A DNA stretch of 64,000 nt, taken from the NCBI GenBank assembly GCA_048128005.1, contig JBEUKZ010000123.1:1-64000 (forward strand). Reading direction: 5' to 3'. Each line of letters starts with the position of its first letter. Positions within the stretch are counted from its first letter, which is position 1. This DNA comes from Veleropilina oligotropha (taxonomy: Eukaryota). Below, piece after piece: positions 54,069 through 64,000 of this stretch. A program made the position numbers and the translations under genes. The notes beneath the pieces are model-generated. The model saw nothing but the letters and a program-made list of their open reading frames with translations, made no database searches and was not told the origin of the DNA.

Positions 54069-54729
54069 ACTTAAACCATTTCACAATCACTTGATTTCCC
54101 ACTAGGTGCCTCTAACTAAATATTGGATATTTGAATGGGTCTTGTTTTTGCCGTTGACTATATGAATGAGTTTTAAATATCCAACTGCGGCGCCGAGAGA
54201 GCATTGTACAAAGATTGGATCTCGAGATTAAGCAACTACCAAGAACAATGGATGACGTCACTGAAATGTTTTAACTCCATATAAAGGTAGTACTATATGC
54301 CAAAATGACTTTTTTTCCCAAATTCCAAGCCTGTTCATTTAGATCAATTGAGCCAGTTCAACTTGAGGAAATTTGGACCACAGTCCATAATATATATGGG
54401 TCATAAATTGTAGAGGGGCATATTCTTGTCCACTGTGTTCAATGAACTATGACGCATATCATGTTGTACATAATATTCAAATATTGAAATAAATTGATTT
54501 TAAATATTTTTTGTGTTTTTTTAAATATTTAATCGCCTATTTCTTCGTGTCCAAAATTGAAATGTTAATGATATCTTCGACATTATTTGCAGAAAAAACA
54601 CATTAAACATATGCATCAGCATTTGAAGGAGATCTCAACATGCTTTTTTCATTTTTAATAGTTTTCATATTTGTAATTGTCTTATATACTCTCATTTGAT
54701 TGATACGAAGCTGTCCGTGATTTACATAT

Positions 54730-56880
54730 TTTTGTTGTCCGTACCGAAACGAACGATGGAAATGCCAAGAACCACATTTCATTTAGCAAAGGCATCGGGT
54801 AGTATTGCACGTGAGATGCTTAGCTCAGCAGAAAACGGCTTTTGTTCACAGTAACTAGAGTAGAAAAGTCATCCAATGCGAGGTTTTTTATAGACCCCCG
54901 ACCCGTACCTTTATTATTTGTCCGTACCGTATGTGTGTTTACTCATTGATGTATGACTTTTGAAACATAGTGATTTTTATAACCGAATTCCACACAATAC
55001 AGCATACTAGCGTTTCGATGGTAAGCACATATCATTTATTGTTTAATTGTTTAACATATTTTTTGCAACCAAATGTCGGTACCGAAACGTTTCTGTGTCC
55101 ATACCGAAACATTTCGGTAGGGACAAATACCAAAATTTGATGAAATGATTATGATATCACTTAGGACAGGGTTGTTTCATCTTAATAATCCGTTTTATTG
55201 AAATACATACATATGTAGCAGTCATTAATTTAAGTAAAAACAAGGATGACATTATAAATTCACGTCTCTTGTGTTTATTATACGATGGTTCTGTCATATA
55301 AGAATTGCAGCACATATCGTGTGATATTGAGCAGAATCGGGACTTAAAATGGGATGGCTGATAATATGGGCGGACTTCTGAAGCGGACAGATTATTAAAA
55401 AGTCTGAATATACGATATTTCAAATATAAAGATGATCTAAATGCCAATTCTGTTGACAGAGTATGATGTTTTGCATGGAACCAGAAAAGATGTAGGCCTA
55501 CTACCATCCCAAATAAATGATTTGAAAGAAACCATGACAGTACACCAGGTTTAGAGAAAATTCGAAGCATATCCGTTTATATTGTGGGAGGAACGTGATG
55601 TTTGTATGTGCAACAAATTAGGCGTATTCAAATGGTTGCTTACCTCCAAAGGACGATGGAAATTCGAATGTTCATATTAAGCCTGTTGTGATAGACCGAT
55701 TATTACAATAATTATACACCTCTTCAATTTAAATTTATTTTGATATGATAATTCATTAGCAAGGTACAGATTAGTTATAAGTATACAATTACATGTATAT
55801 GACAATTGAGAAATGTTGAGGTCAATTAAGACTTGGAGTTTTGACGTTTTCAGAATTATCTTGCAGTATATTTAGGAGAAAAGTACCGGTATTAGAAGTG
55901 TAACACAATTAACGTTGAAGCTTTTACACTAGAGTCTATATAGATCTGCATTGTGCATATTGAGCGCTGCATGGAATGTACATTTGTATTCAATGCTTAG
56001 TGAGTAAAAAATTAGCTTAGTGAGTAAAAAATTAACTAATTTAATGTCATCTTCCGACTTCTGTTTAAGAAATTACTAGATGCAATATCTCCCGCCGATG
56101 CAGAGAAAACCCAGCCTGTTATATTGGTGTATTCAAAGCCTTCTGTTCGAGATGTGGGCCGCTTCGGCAGCGCAGTGGGTAGAGTGTCCACTCTAAATTC
56201 ACTGGCTTGATTCCGCTAATGCGAACAGTAGTGGGTTCAATACCTGGCTGAGGCATTGAAATTTGTTCAAGTTATGAATGACAGTTGTCCGTGACTGGCC
56301 GAAGAGGGCGGGTTTACCCAGGCGACCAGGGTTTCCTCCCGCGATAACATGGACATGTCCTGCCTTGAACCTCGATGTTGTAAATATACAGGACATTAAG
56401 CATCATTCCTCCCTCCCTCCGTTCGAGATGTTAGATAGACCATCACAAACAAGACGTACCGAAATATTGCATGGCCGTATATAATTATATAAAGGTGAAA
56501 AACTCTCTTCATGTAAAAATATTGTAGTTTAATCAATAGAAGTCGAATCAATGTATTAGATAGGAAAAATGGTTTGTATGGTCAGGAATGGACTATGTTA
56601 TTTCGTGCGCATATTCACATTTCATTAATTTGGTGTTGTCCCTTCCCTCGCGTACGTTACTGAGCGACGCATGAAAATAACTGACGCATCTTGGACTAGA
56701 TCATCAACAAATATCCAGATTCACAAACTTGACTTATTATTAACAGTATCAATGGCGTTGATTAGGTTTTACTTTCCAAATGTCTTGATTATGTTTTTCT
56801 GTCCAAATGTGTAATGATATTGCATTGTATACTTCATTGCAATGAAATTTAACATAATGTCCGTACCGCAACACACGTCA
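54730..56880 (+). mobile_element. Second, highly degenerate Sola2-like transposon
   Basis: Sub-terminal tgtccgtaccgaaac repeats (54737, 54919, 55074-55125, 56858); remnant motifs LLYDGSV, AESG..GMADNMGGLLKRT and KETMTVHQV at 55270-55555. Confidence 0.5.
56156..56420 (+). mobile_element. SINE family A copy with 11-bp TSD
   Basis: gttcgagatgt at 56145-56155 and 56421-56431; tRNA-like head and family A body. Confidence 0.8.
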
Positions 56881-57570
56881 CAGTAAGAAATGATATAAAA
56901 AAATAATAATTTAAAAGCAATGCATTATGAGTATAATACTTATTATTGTTTTATATATAAAATGCGAAGATAACAGTGTTATAGCCTCAAAAAATTGTGC
57001 AGGTATTTAAAAGTTATCAGTAAGTTAGAAGATGACCAATAACCAAAAAATCACAGAAGTGTCATCAGGTAACAACATGTTGGCGTAAATGGAAATATTC
57101 AATTAACAGATTGTTATTTTTTAAGGTACATATAAACAAATGATTCGTTTTATTGAATCAACATAAATATATGTTGATAATGTAATACTTGATCGATGTA
57201 TTTGTGATTATTAAGATCCCAGGTCATTTTACGGACATTTTACTTCAGAAATGTAATATGTAATATGTAATATTTTCATCAAATATGCGGAAAGCTCGCG
57301 GCCAATATCATTTCTTGTTAGGTAATATGTTGTAGTTTCCCTATAAATCATAATCAACTTAATTAAATAAATCTTTTGGGAAAATATTGCTAACCCTGAA
57401 AATGACCCTTCTACGATTTTTGACCCATATATATATATTACTTTGTCCCTTCACATCCTGACCGACCGCTCCGACAGTCATGTGGTTTCGGTTGCCGACT
57501 CTGAAATCCCTGGCTTGATTCCGCTGATGAACAGTTGTGAGTTCAAATCTCGGTTGAAACATGACATTAT

Positions 57571-59570
57571 TAACCCCAGCTAAAAAAAGCTGGGGTTATT
57601 GTCATCGCCCGAGGCAGGCAGGCGGACGGACGGGCGGTTCATGTTGTCCGGCCTATATCTTGGCTACCAAACATGTTACCTCGATTTCATATGGTATGCT
57701 AACTACCCTTATCATACGCTAGTGCATGGTGGCGAAATTTCATGTCAAGGACCTTTGACCTTGCGGCAATGACCTTTGACCCTTAAATTTTGTCCGGGCC
57801 GTTTCTCGGAGACCAAACATGCTAGCCTTCTACTTTTTAGCTCCGCTATGATGCCAGTCAGCGGAGCTTTTCTAATGCCGAGTTGTCCGGCGTCTCCATT
57901 TGACTTCAAATGCATATATCTCAAAAACTGTCTGAGAACTTTTTTTCTAATTTGGTATGAGTCTTCCTTATGATGTTCAGCATGTACTCAGGAAAAATTA
58001 AAAAATTCTACGTCTCTGTTTTCCTGATATTCATGTTTGTTTGTCTGTTTGTTGTCAATTTGTCAGATTTCAGTCAATATCTGAAAAACTGTCTGATAAC
58101 TTTTTTTCTAATTTGGCATGAGCCTTCCTTATGATGTTCTGAATATACTGTGTGAAAATTAAAAATATCTACGTCTCGGTTGTCCCGATATTCACGTTTG
58201 TTCGTCTGTTTTTGAGGCCATTTTTCAGATTTCAGTCAATATCTCAAAAACTGTTTGATAACATTTTTTATAATTTGACATGAGCTTTCCTTATGATGTT
58301 CTGAATGTATTGTGTCTAATAACTTCTTGTCTAATTTGGCATGGGCCTTTCTAATGATGATTTCATTGTACTCGCCTCCCCCCCCCAAAAAAAAAATTTC
58401 TACTGCTCTGTTATCCTGATATTCTCGTTTCTTTAGATTTCAGCCAATTCCTCAATAACTATTTGATAACTTTGTTTCTAATTTGACATGAGCCTTCCTT
58501 ATGATGTTCTGAATACACTCTTTGAAAATTAGAAAATTTTACGTCTCTGCATGTTGCCCTGATATTCACGTTTGTTTGTTGTCAATACTTTAGATTTCAA
58601 TCAATTTCGTAAAATCTGTCTGATAACTTTTTGTCTAATTTAGCATGGCCCTTCCTTTTGTTCTCTGCAGAAATTTGTCAATTCTGTATCTTGGTTATTC
58701 TAATATTCTCGTTTGTTGTCAATTTTTCTGATTTATTGACAATAGTGAAGTAATCAAGTTTAAATAAATACGGGCCTTTAGCGGAGCTCTCTAGGCCGAT
58801 AGGCCTCTTGTTTTTAGGTGTGTTGCCTATAATACAAAGCTGTGCATGGCTGTAAAATTTTGATCATTTGGCCTTTGACCTCTGCGTAGTGACCTTCACA
58901 AATTTTCTATATTTCGAATTTTTTTATTTTTTGTCATTTGTTAATTCTTTGGTGCCAAACTATTTCTTTAGGGTTAGTACATCATATAACAAATACGAAA
59001 AATGGCCTTTGGTCAAAGGTCAAGGTCACAGAGGTCAAAATATACGCACAATTTTCAGACTGTGAGACTATAGCCTGCCCATTATGATAGCTATATGGAG
59101 ACATATTATGACATATGGACTACCCTTATCATACTCTAGATCATGGTGGGTAATATTTCACAGGAATGATTTTTGACCTTGCCACAATAACCTTTGACCC
59201 TGAAATTTTGTCCGGGCTGCTTCTCGGAGACTCAGCATGGTAGCCTTTTAATTTTTTTTAGATATCTTGCCTATAACCCAAAGCTGTGCATGGCACTAAA
59301 ATGTTTGTCATTTGGCCTTTGACCTTCACAAATTTCCATATTTACATATTTTTCCCAACCTCTTTCTGTAGGGTTAGTACATCATGTAACAGACAGAAAA
59401 TGACCTTTGATCAAATGTCAAGGTCACAGAGGCCAACCTTTTTCATGATGGACAGTTAGCACAGTCAGTGTTTAGCCAAGGGCTACTGGCAACGTGAAGA
59501 TCACAGATTTTATATGGCAGTCTGATTGCTATATAAGGCTGGGGTTCCTGATAGCCGGGCGGCTGTCTAT
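57571..59570 (+). mobile_element. Outer HINE with tgacctttgacc-rich repeats
   Basis: 5' hairpin taaccccagc...gctggggtta, (gcgg/gacg)n microsatellite, 3' sub-TIR gctggggtt plus hairpin agccgggcggct. Confidence 0.7.
57834..58812 (+). mobile_element. Inner HINE carrying a ~165-bp tandem array
   Basis: ttttagctccgct...agcggagct 5' IR, 3' agcggagct plus hairpin aggccgataggcct and cttgtt; units ttctaatttggcatgagccttccttatgatgttc at ~57945, 58105, 58270, 58330, 58475, 58635. Confidence 0.75.
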
Positions 59571-59757
59571 TTTTGGTATAGTTATGAATCACAGTTGTCC
59601 GTAACTGGTCGGAGAAATCCCTGGCTTGATTCCGCTGATGAACAGTTGTGAGTTCAAATCTCGGTTGGAACATGACATTATTGGTTCAGTTATGAATCAC
59701 AGTTGTCCATAACTGATCGGAGAGGCCGGGTTTCCACGGGCTTTCCTCCCGCAATAA

Positions 59758-60477
59758 GGCTGTTTTAAATTGATACCTTGTTTCTTGTCCCGCGCGCGCT
59801 TTGGTTAACCCATGCCGATTTCGGCCGCATTGCTTTTCAACACACACAAAATTGAAAAATAAAATGAATTTTGTTCGCAGGCAGTATTCATGTGATGCAA
59901 AAAGATCGCTGTCTGTAGTTTTCATCCTCAAGTTTTTCATACATTTAGTTTAATATAGAGAAGTTAGAAATATACCGGCTAATTTAAATTAATAGGCTGT
60001 TCTGTTTTCACCTGTTACCACTGTTCTTTGTTGAATTCCTCCTTGCACTCATCACTGTTTTCAAATAAATTTTAATTGTAATTGAATCAACAAGAAAGAC
60101 ATTATTTTTGGAACACCGTCTCTCTGTGCCAGCTTAATAAATGACAACTATTAATGAAACAAATGACTCGTATTTGTAAGTTAAAACTAACAATCTCTGG
60201 CATCTTCATTACTAACCATTCATAGATGATGGATTATGTTTTATTGCTGAAATTTGTTGATGTGGTCACTAAACAGAAGTTAATCATTTATCTGCCATAA
60301 AGAAATAGGAAATATATGGTATTCGTTGTAAATATGCACGTACTTAATGCCCATGGTCAGAATATTCTAGAACAAAATGTTGTGTGGTAAAATGGCTGTT
60401 GTGTTGTGTTGACCGCTTTACCGCATTGGTTTACCAGAATCATGGGACAAGAAACAAGGAATCAATTTAAAACAGCC
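59758..60477. mobile_element. MITE with ~34-bp TIR and TAA TSD (Zator/Harbinger-type)
   Basis: ggctgttttaaattgataccttgtttcttgtccc / gggacaagaaacaaggaatcaatttaaaacagcc; TAA on both sides. Confidence 0.8.
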
Positions 60478-61543
60478 TAAGATAGTTACACCATGTGCCT
60501 AAATGACTCCATATATTATTGCATAAATTACTTAAGGTAAACAAATATAGTTACAAACATACTTACGTCCTTACTCTTGCCATAATAGCATATTATCGCC
60601 CAAACCGGAAATGGTGAATATGTCCCATAATGCACCGTTATAAGCCAAAAAAGCACACGGTTACCTCCCCTGCTCCTACCCCCCACGTTCCCTAGCGAGA
60701 CTTCGCCAAGTCTCGTGAGACTTCTGAACAATAGAAGTCACATGACATCAATTCAAAGTTTTCCGCTGCCGCGGAAAGACGTTGTTTTTGCTCCGCAAAT
60801 ATTTCGATATAGGCGCCCGATTTCACGTTAAATCAGGGCGCAGTTTCTACTTATATAGTATATAAGTAGTGGAATATAACAGTGTTGTGGATATAAAACA
60901 CATGTGAATATAAGAAGAGTGATTCTCAAAACTTCGAGGAAGTTCTGGACATCAAAGGAAACAGACATCGTCGTCAAGGACGCCAGTGGCCATTAAAGAT
61001 GGCCGCTTAGAGGGAAAGTTTCGAGTGGTAGCTGAAATTTCTGGTCTGTATAATTATCTGATATTGTTTGAGACTGCAAAACAGGTAACTCATTACATTG
61101 GATAATTCCTTAACAACGCTATTTGCTGGTTATTTATTATATATATAAAATTTTCTAGCGTTGTTAAAAGGCAGGATCTTTTGATATTAAGCTTGCGTTA
61201 ATTTTCTGATATCCTGCCGTTGCTGGGATAATACGCCATTGTACTAACTTAAAACATCCACGAGGTTTTCAGGTGTTTTTCTGGGCGGGTTTTTTCGAGG
61301 AAAGAACCCCCCTTTGTTTTAGTCAATTTGCCGGGTTACCGGGTCGGTCGGGTAAAATACCCGACCTCGGTGTTCCCAGTTCGGGGTTCTAATAACGGTA
61401 TATCGCTTGATCTCTAATCTTCAGATCAGGACAATTCTGTGAGTTGTCGTAGTACTCCCTCCAAGGAAAGAAGTCTCAACTACCATACATATACCTATTT
61501 ATCTACCCCGTCTACCCACGTCCACCCTCCCGTGTATTTAGCT

Positions 61544-63856
61544 ATGGTCCGGTGCAGTAGCTCCGGGTGTAACCAGAAAATTCACGCATTTGATAGGCAC
61601 AAGGAATGTTGTAAACACCGTAGCTGTAGTATACATCATCAATGTGATCTGTGCTTTCTTCTATCAGATAAGCAGTGGGCAACCCTGTCTCACCACGGTA
61701 AGTCGACCAGGGCGACTGCCACGGTGGGTCCTCCCCCGGAGAAGGGTCAGGAAGAGACCGGTAAGTTACCTAACGTTTCTTATTTGTCTACTTCAGGGAC
61801 GCTGGACGACAGCCGACAAAAGGGGACGTCTGTCGCCGCATCCACCGGCGAAACCTCCGCGACTCTTGGGAGAGTCACCGAAACCTTGCCGGTACCCCAG
61901 ATTCAGGTAAAGACCCGAGTGTCGACCGTTCCTCCACAACTGGGCCTAGTAACTGCAGTCAGCCATACCTTGCCGGCTAGCAAGGTATACATGACAGCGC
62001 AGCGAACAGCTGAACAGGGCAGACCATCCCCATCCTTTTCTTCGGCCTCGAAGAATAAGGGGACAGTTAGTCCTTCTGCGGGAAACTCACCGTCTTCCTA
62101 CGGTGACAGACCCAATGCAGAGAAAGCCTTTAAAGAGGCCGGGCACCTACTTGTAGGTCTAAGACTCGGACAATCGGCGAAACCTGAATCCTCGGTCGAG
62201 AACGATGCGACTTCCCCTAGGGGTTTTCCGCTCAACCTCGAAGCTCACGAGACATTCAGAGGGCCCGGTCTCTCCCGTGCACCCACCGTGGTCACGCTAG
62301 AGAACGTGGACAGACCGGCTGCGTTCGGGACGGGGTTCTACGGCGGTTTTCCGTCCGTGCCTCGCTCGAACAGAGTGGTAGACCGATCAGAACTGTTGCC
62401 GCAGTCCTATCGGTCGTCCGGCCCACTGACTGCGCCTCCGGGCCAGTCCTTCGGGTTCGACCCCTCGACAAGTGCCCGTGGACCCTGGTCCTCGGTTCGA
62501 CCTGTCAATGCAGCCCGTCTACCTAGCGCCACGGTTACCTCGACAGAACTACCGGCTGTTAGTTCGTCGCCCGTCCTGCCTCCGGGTTTCTCTTTTGAGA
62601 ACGTCCAGGCATGGATCGCGGCGGGGATCGAGGAACGGTGTAAGGCCTGGCCGACGGCTCCCGAGCCGCACCTGGTACCTACACTTCTGCCCATGGCGCA
62701 GAGCACGGCTCCTGCCTCAGTGATAGACATCGACCCTCGTTCCGACGAGGATCTCTGTTCAAATCACACCGACCTCCCTGAATCGGTCGGGTCCGAAGAC
62801 ATTAGTCTTACAGGCACGCAGGAGCCGACCTCCTCCACCCGCCGAAGGCTCGACGCTGTTGCGTCACTTCGCGGGGTGCTTGGCTTGTCGGAACCGACTC
62901 GGTCGGCTGTAGACGTAGCCAAGCATAGGACGGCAGCACATCGGTTTGTTGCGAGGGAAGCCCCCGAGCTCCCCTCCTTACCTCAGTCCGGGCTGGTGGA
63001 TCTTGTTGTAGACTCGATCACCAAGCTCGTTCAGGGGCGCAATCCGGTGGAGTCCTCCCCGCTGAACGAGTTCCCTTCGGGGTTCCGTAGTGGGAGGTAC
63101 CTCCGGGCCAGTACTCGAGCGATCCCGTTCGAATGCACTGGCCCGTGCCTGGCGACTGAGCCGGCTCGTGTTGACGCTTCGTTGCGTCGACTGACCGCCA
63201 GTCACCCTCCCTCCGTAGCGAAAGTTCCTTGGTCCGCCTTGGAAGCTTTCGAGAGCTCCGCCCGACGGGCTCTGCGGCTATCGTCCGTTCAGGATTTTTT
63301 CCTAGACGGGGCGATAGCCGTATTACAGGAGAATGGACCCGGCGCCACCGAGGCTGCCCTGTCCTTCCTCCAGGAGGTTGCTGCCGCGCAGGAGACCAGC
63401 GCGTTGGAGACGGGACGTGTCCTGGGCAATGCCCTCCTACTTCGTAGGGATGCTTGCCTGGAAGGTACCTCGCTGGACGAGCCCACCCGGCGCTCGTTGC
63501 GATGCGTACCTTGCTCGGCCACCACTCTCTTTGGTGACAACTTCACGGAGTTTGTTGACAAGAGAGCGGCGGACATTAAGGACCGTGCCATCGAGAAGGC
63601 AGTACTGCTCCCCACCCGGGGTCCACCTGCTAACTCGAAGAAGCGCTCCGGGCCCACCCCGGCCCCGAAGCCTTCTAAGCGTGCGAAGCCCTCTTCGGGT
63701 GGTAGGCCTCCGGCCAATAAACCCACTCCAAAGAGGCGAGCACCTCCAGCGAAAATCCCGCAAGCAGAGCGGGATAGGGAAGCCTCGGCCCTAGGGCTGC
63801 CGGCATTCGCGACGGCCCCAGTTGCCCGCTCCCGCCGGTGGGAGCGTGCCTGTTAG
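61544..63856 (+). CDS. DIRS gag-like ORF1 (770 aa from ATG 61544)
   Basis: N-terminal C-x4-C-x9-H-x2-C-x2-H-x2-C-x5-C-x2-C zinc finger, S/P-rich linker, helical domain with LLRRDACL...LFG, basic tail; uninterrupted. Confidence 0.8.
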   Translation: MVRCSSSGCNQKIHAFDRHKECCKHRSCSIHHQCDLCFLLSDKQWATLSHHGKSTRATATVGPPPEKGQEETGKLPNVSYLSTSGTLDDSRQKGTSVAASTGETSATLGRVTETLPVPQIQVKTRVSTVPPQLGLVTAVSHTLPASKVYMTAQRTAEQGRPSPSFSSASKNKGTVSPSAGNSPSSYGDRPNAEKAFKEAGHLLVGLRLGQSAKPESSVENDATSPRGFPLNLEAHETFRGPGLSRAPTVVTLENVDRPAAFGTGFYGGFPSVPRSNRVVDRSELLPQSYRSSGPLTAPPGQSFGFDPSTSARGPWSSVRPVNAARLPSATVTSTELPAVSSSPVLPPGFSFENVQAWIAAGIEERCKAWPTAPEPHLVPTLLPMAQSTAPASVIDIDPRSDEDLCSNHTDLPESVGSEDISLTGTQEPTSSTRRRLDAVASLRGVLGLSEPTRSAVDVAKHRTAAHRFVAREAPELPSLPQSGLVDLVVDSITKLVQGRNPVESSPLNEFPSGFRSGRYLRASTRAIPFECTGPCLATEPARVDASLRRLTASHPPSVAKVPWSALEAFESSARRALRLSSVQDFFLDGAIAVLQENGPGATEAALSFLQEVAAAQETSALETGRVLGNALLLRRDACLEGTSLDEPTRRSLRCVPCSATTLFGDNFTEFVDKRAADIKDRAIEKAVLLPTRGPPANSKKRSGPTPAPKPSKRAKPSSGGRPPANKPTPKRRAPPAKIPQAERDREASALGLPAFATAPVARSRRWERAC

Positions 63857-64000
63857 CACACAGCCAGCCCTGGCTAGAGCTGACAGACAGCAACTGGGTC
63901 CACTTAGTCGTGAGTGCCGGATACAAGTTGGCATTCAACCGGCATCCGACCTTAACCGAGGCACCACCAACAAGACACGCTCGCCTCCTAAACGGAGAGA
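63778..64000 (+). CDS. DIRS pol (RT) ORF start, open to window end
   Basis: Frame opens after TAG at 63775-63777, has no ATG in the visible part, and encodes the conserved pre-RT segment. Confidence 0.7.

Larger units (their letters stand above)
57460..59757 (+). mobile_element. SINE family A copy split by nested HINEs (57571-59570)
   Basis: Head at 57460-57570 resumes at ~59571 (gttatgaatcacagttgtccg); partial internal duplication at 59612-59700. Confidence 0.7.
60509..64000 (+). mobile_element. DIRS1-type tyrosine-recombinase retrotransposon (5' part; left end approximate)
   Basis: Sharp shift to GC-rich sequence; gag ORF followed by an RT-leading segment PPVGACLLAHSQPWLELTDSNWVHLVVSAGYKLAF, matching the DIRS pattern PVGGRL..F...W..IT...WV...V..GY.LEF. 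Confidence 0.85.

Noticed and set aside
57524..57560. Hammerhead-like ctgatga...gaaac
   Set aside because: Falls in the SINE tRNA-derived head; required stems are absent and the motif is not kept in other copies.
46916..60500. Peroxidasin exon 2 (72-nt LRR exon)
   Set aside because: No DLRFN-like exon found by eye; assumed to lie beyond the window.
61590..63938. Multiple alternative-frame and antisense ORFs over gag
   Set aside because: Expected shadows of a GC-rich coding region; no motifs recognised.

Overview
AT-rich, intron-containing animal genomic DNA (repeat repertoire typical of a marine invertebrate). Four host genes are supportable. (1) The 5' exons of a CSPP1-like gene (minus strand, running off the left edge). 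(2) Head-to-head with it, a complete 5-exon CBR4 / 3-oxoacyl-ACP reductase gene (2428-8840, +). (3) An unrecognised 6-exon, ~1150-aa, mostly low-complexity protein gene (23941-16889, -) with a basic NLS-like stretch and a KKVRF PP1-docking-type motif. It may be driven from an E2F/CHR/NRF1-type promoter at ~29.7 kb. (4) Exon 1 of peroxidasin (46752-46915, +), whose first intron apparently fills the rest of the window. The remainder is a dense, often nested set of mobile elements: CR1/L2 LINE fragments, two tRNA-SINE families, a Tc1 remnant, two Sola2-like remnants (one with a downstream PHD finger), two Academ-like elements, non-autonomous Helitrons, Helentron-type HINEs with tandem arrays, several MITEs, long-hairpin (Crypton-like) elements, and a young GC-rich DIRS1-type retrotransposon with an intact gag ORF and a hairpin-rich 5' leader at the right edge. 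All family assignments come from motif recognition by eye, not database searches.
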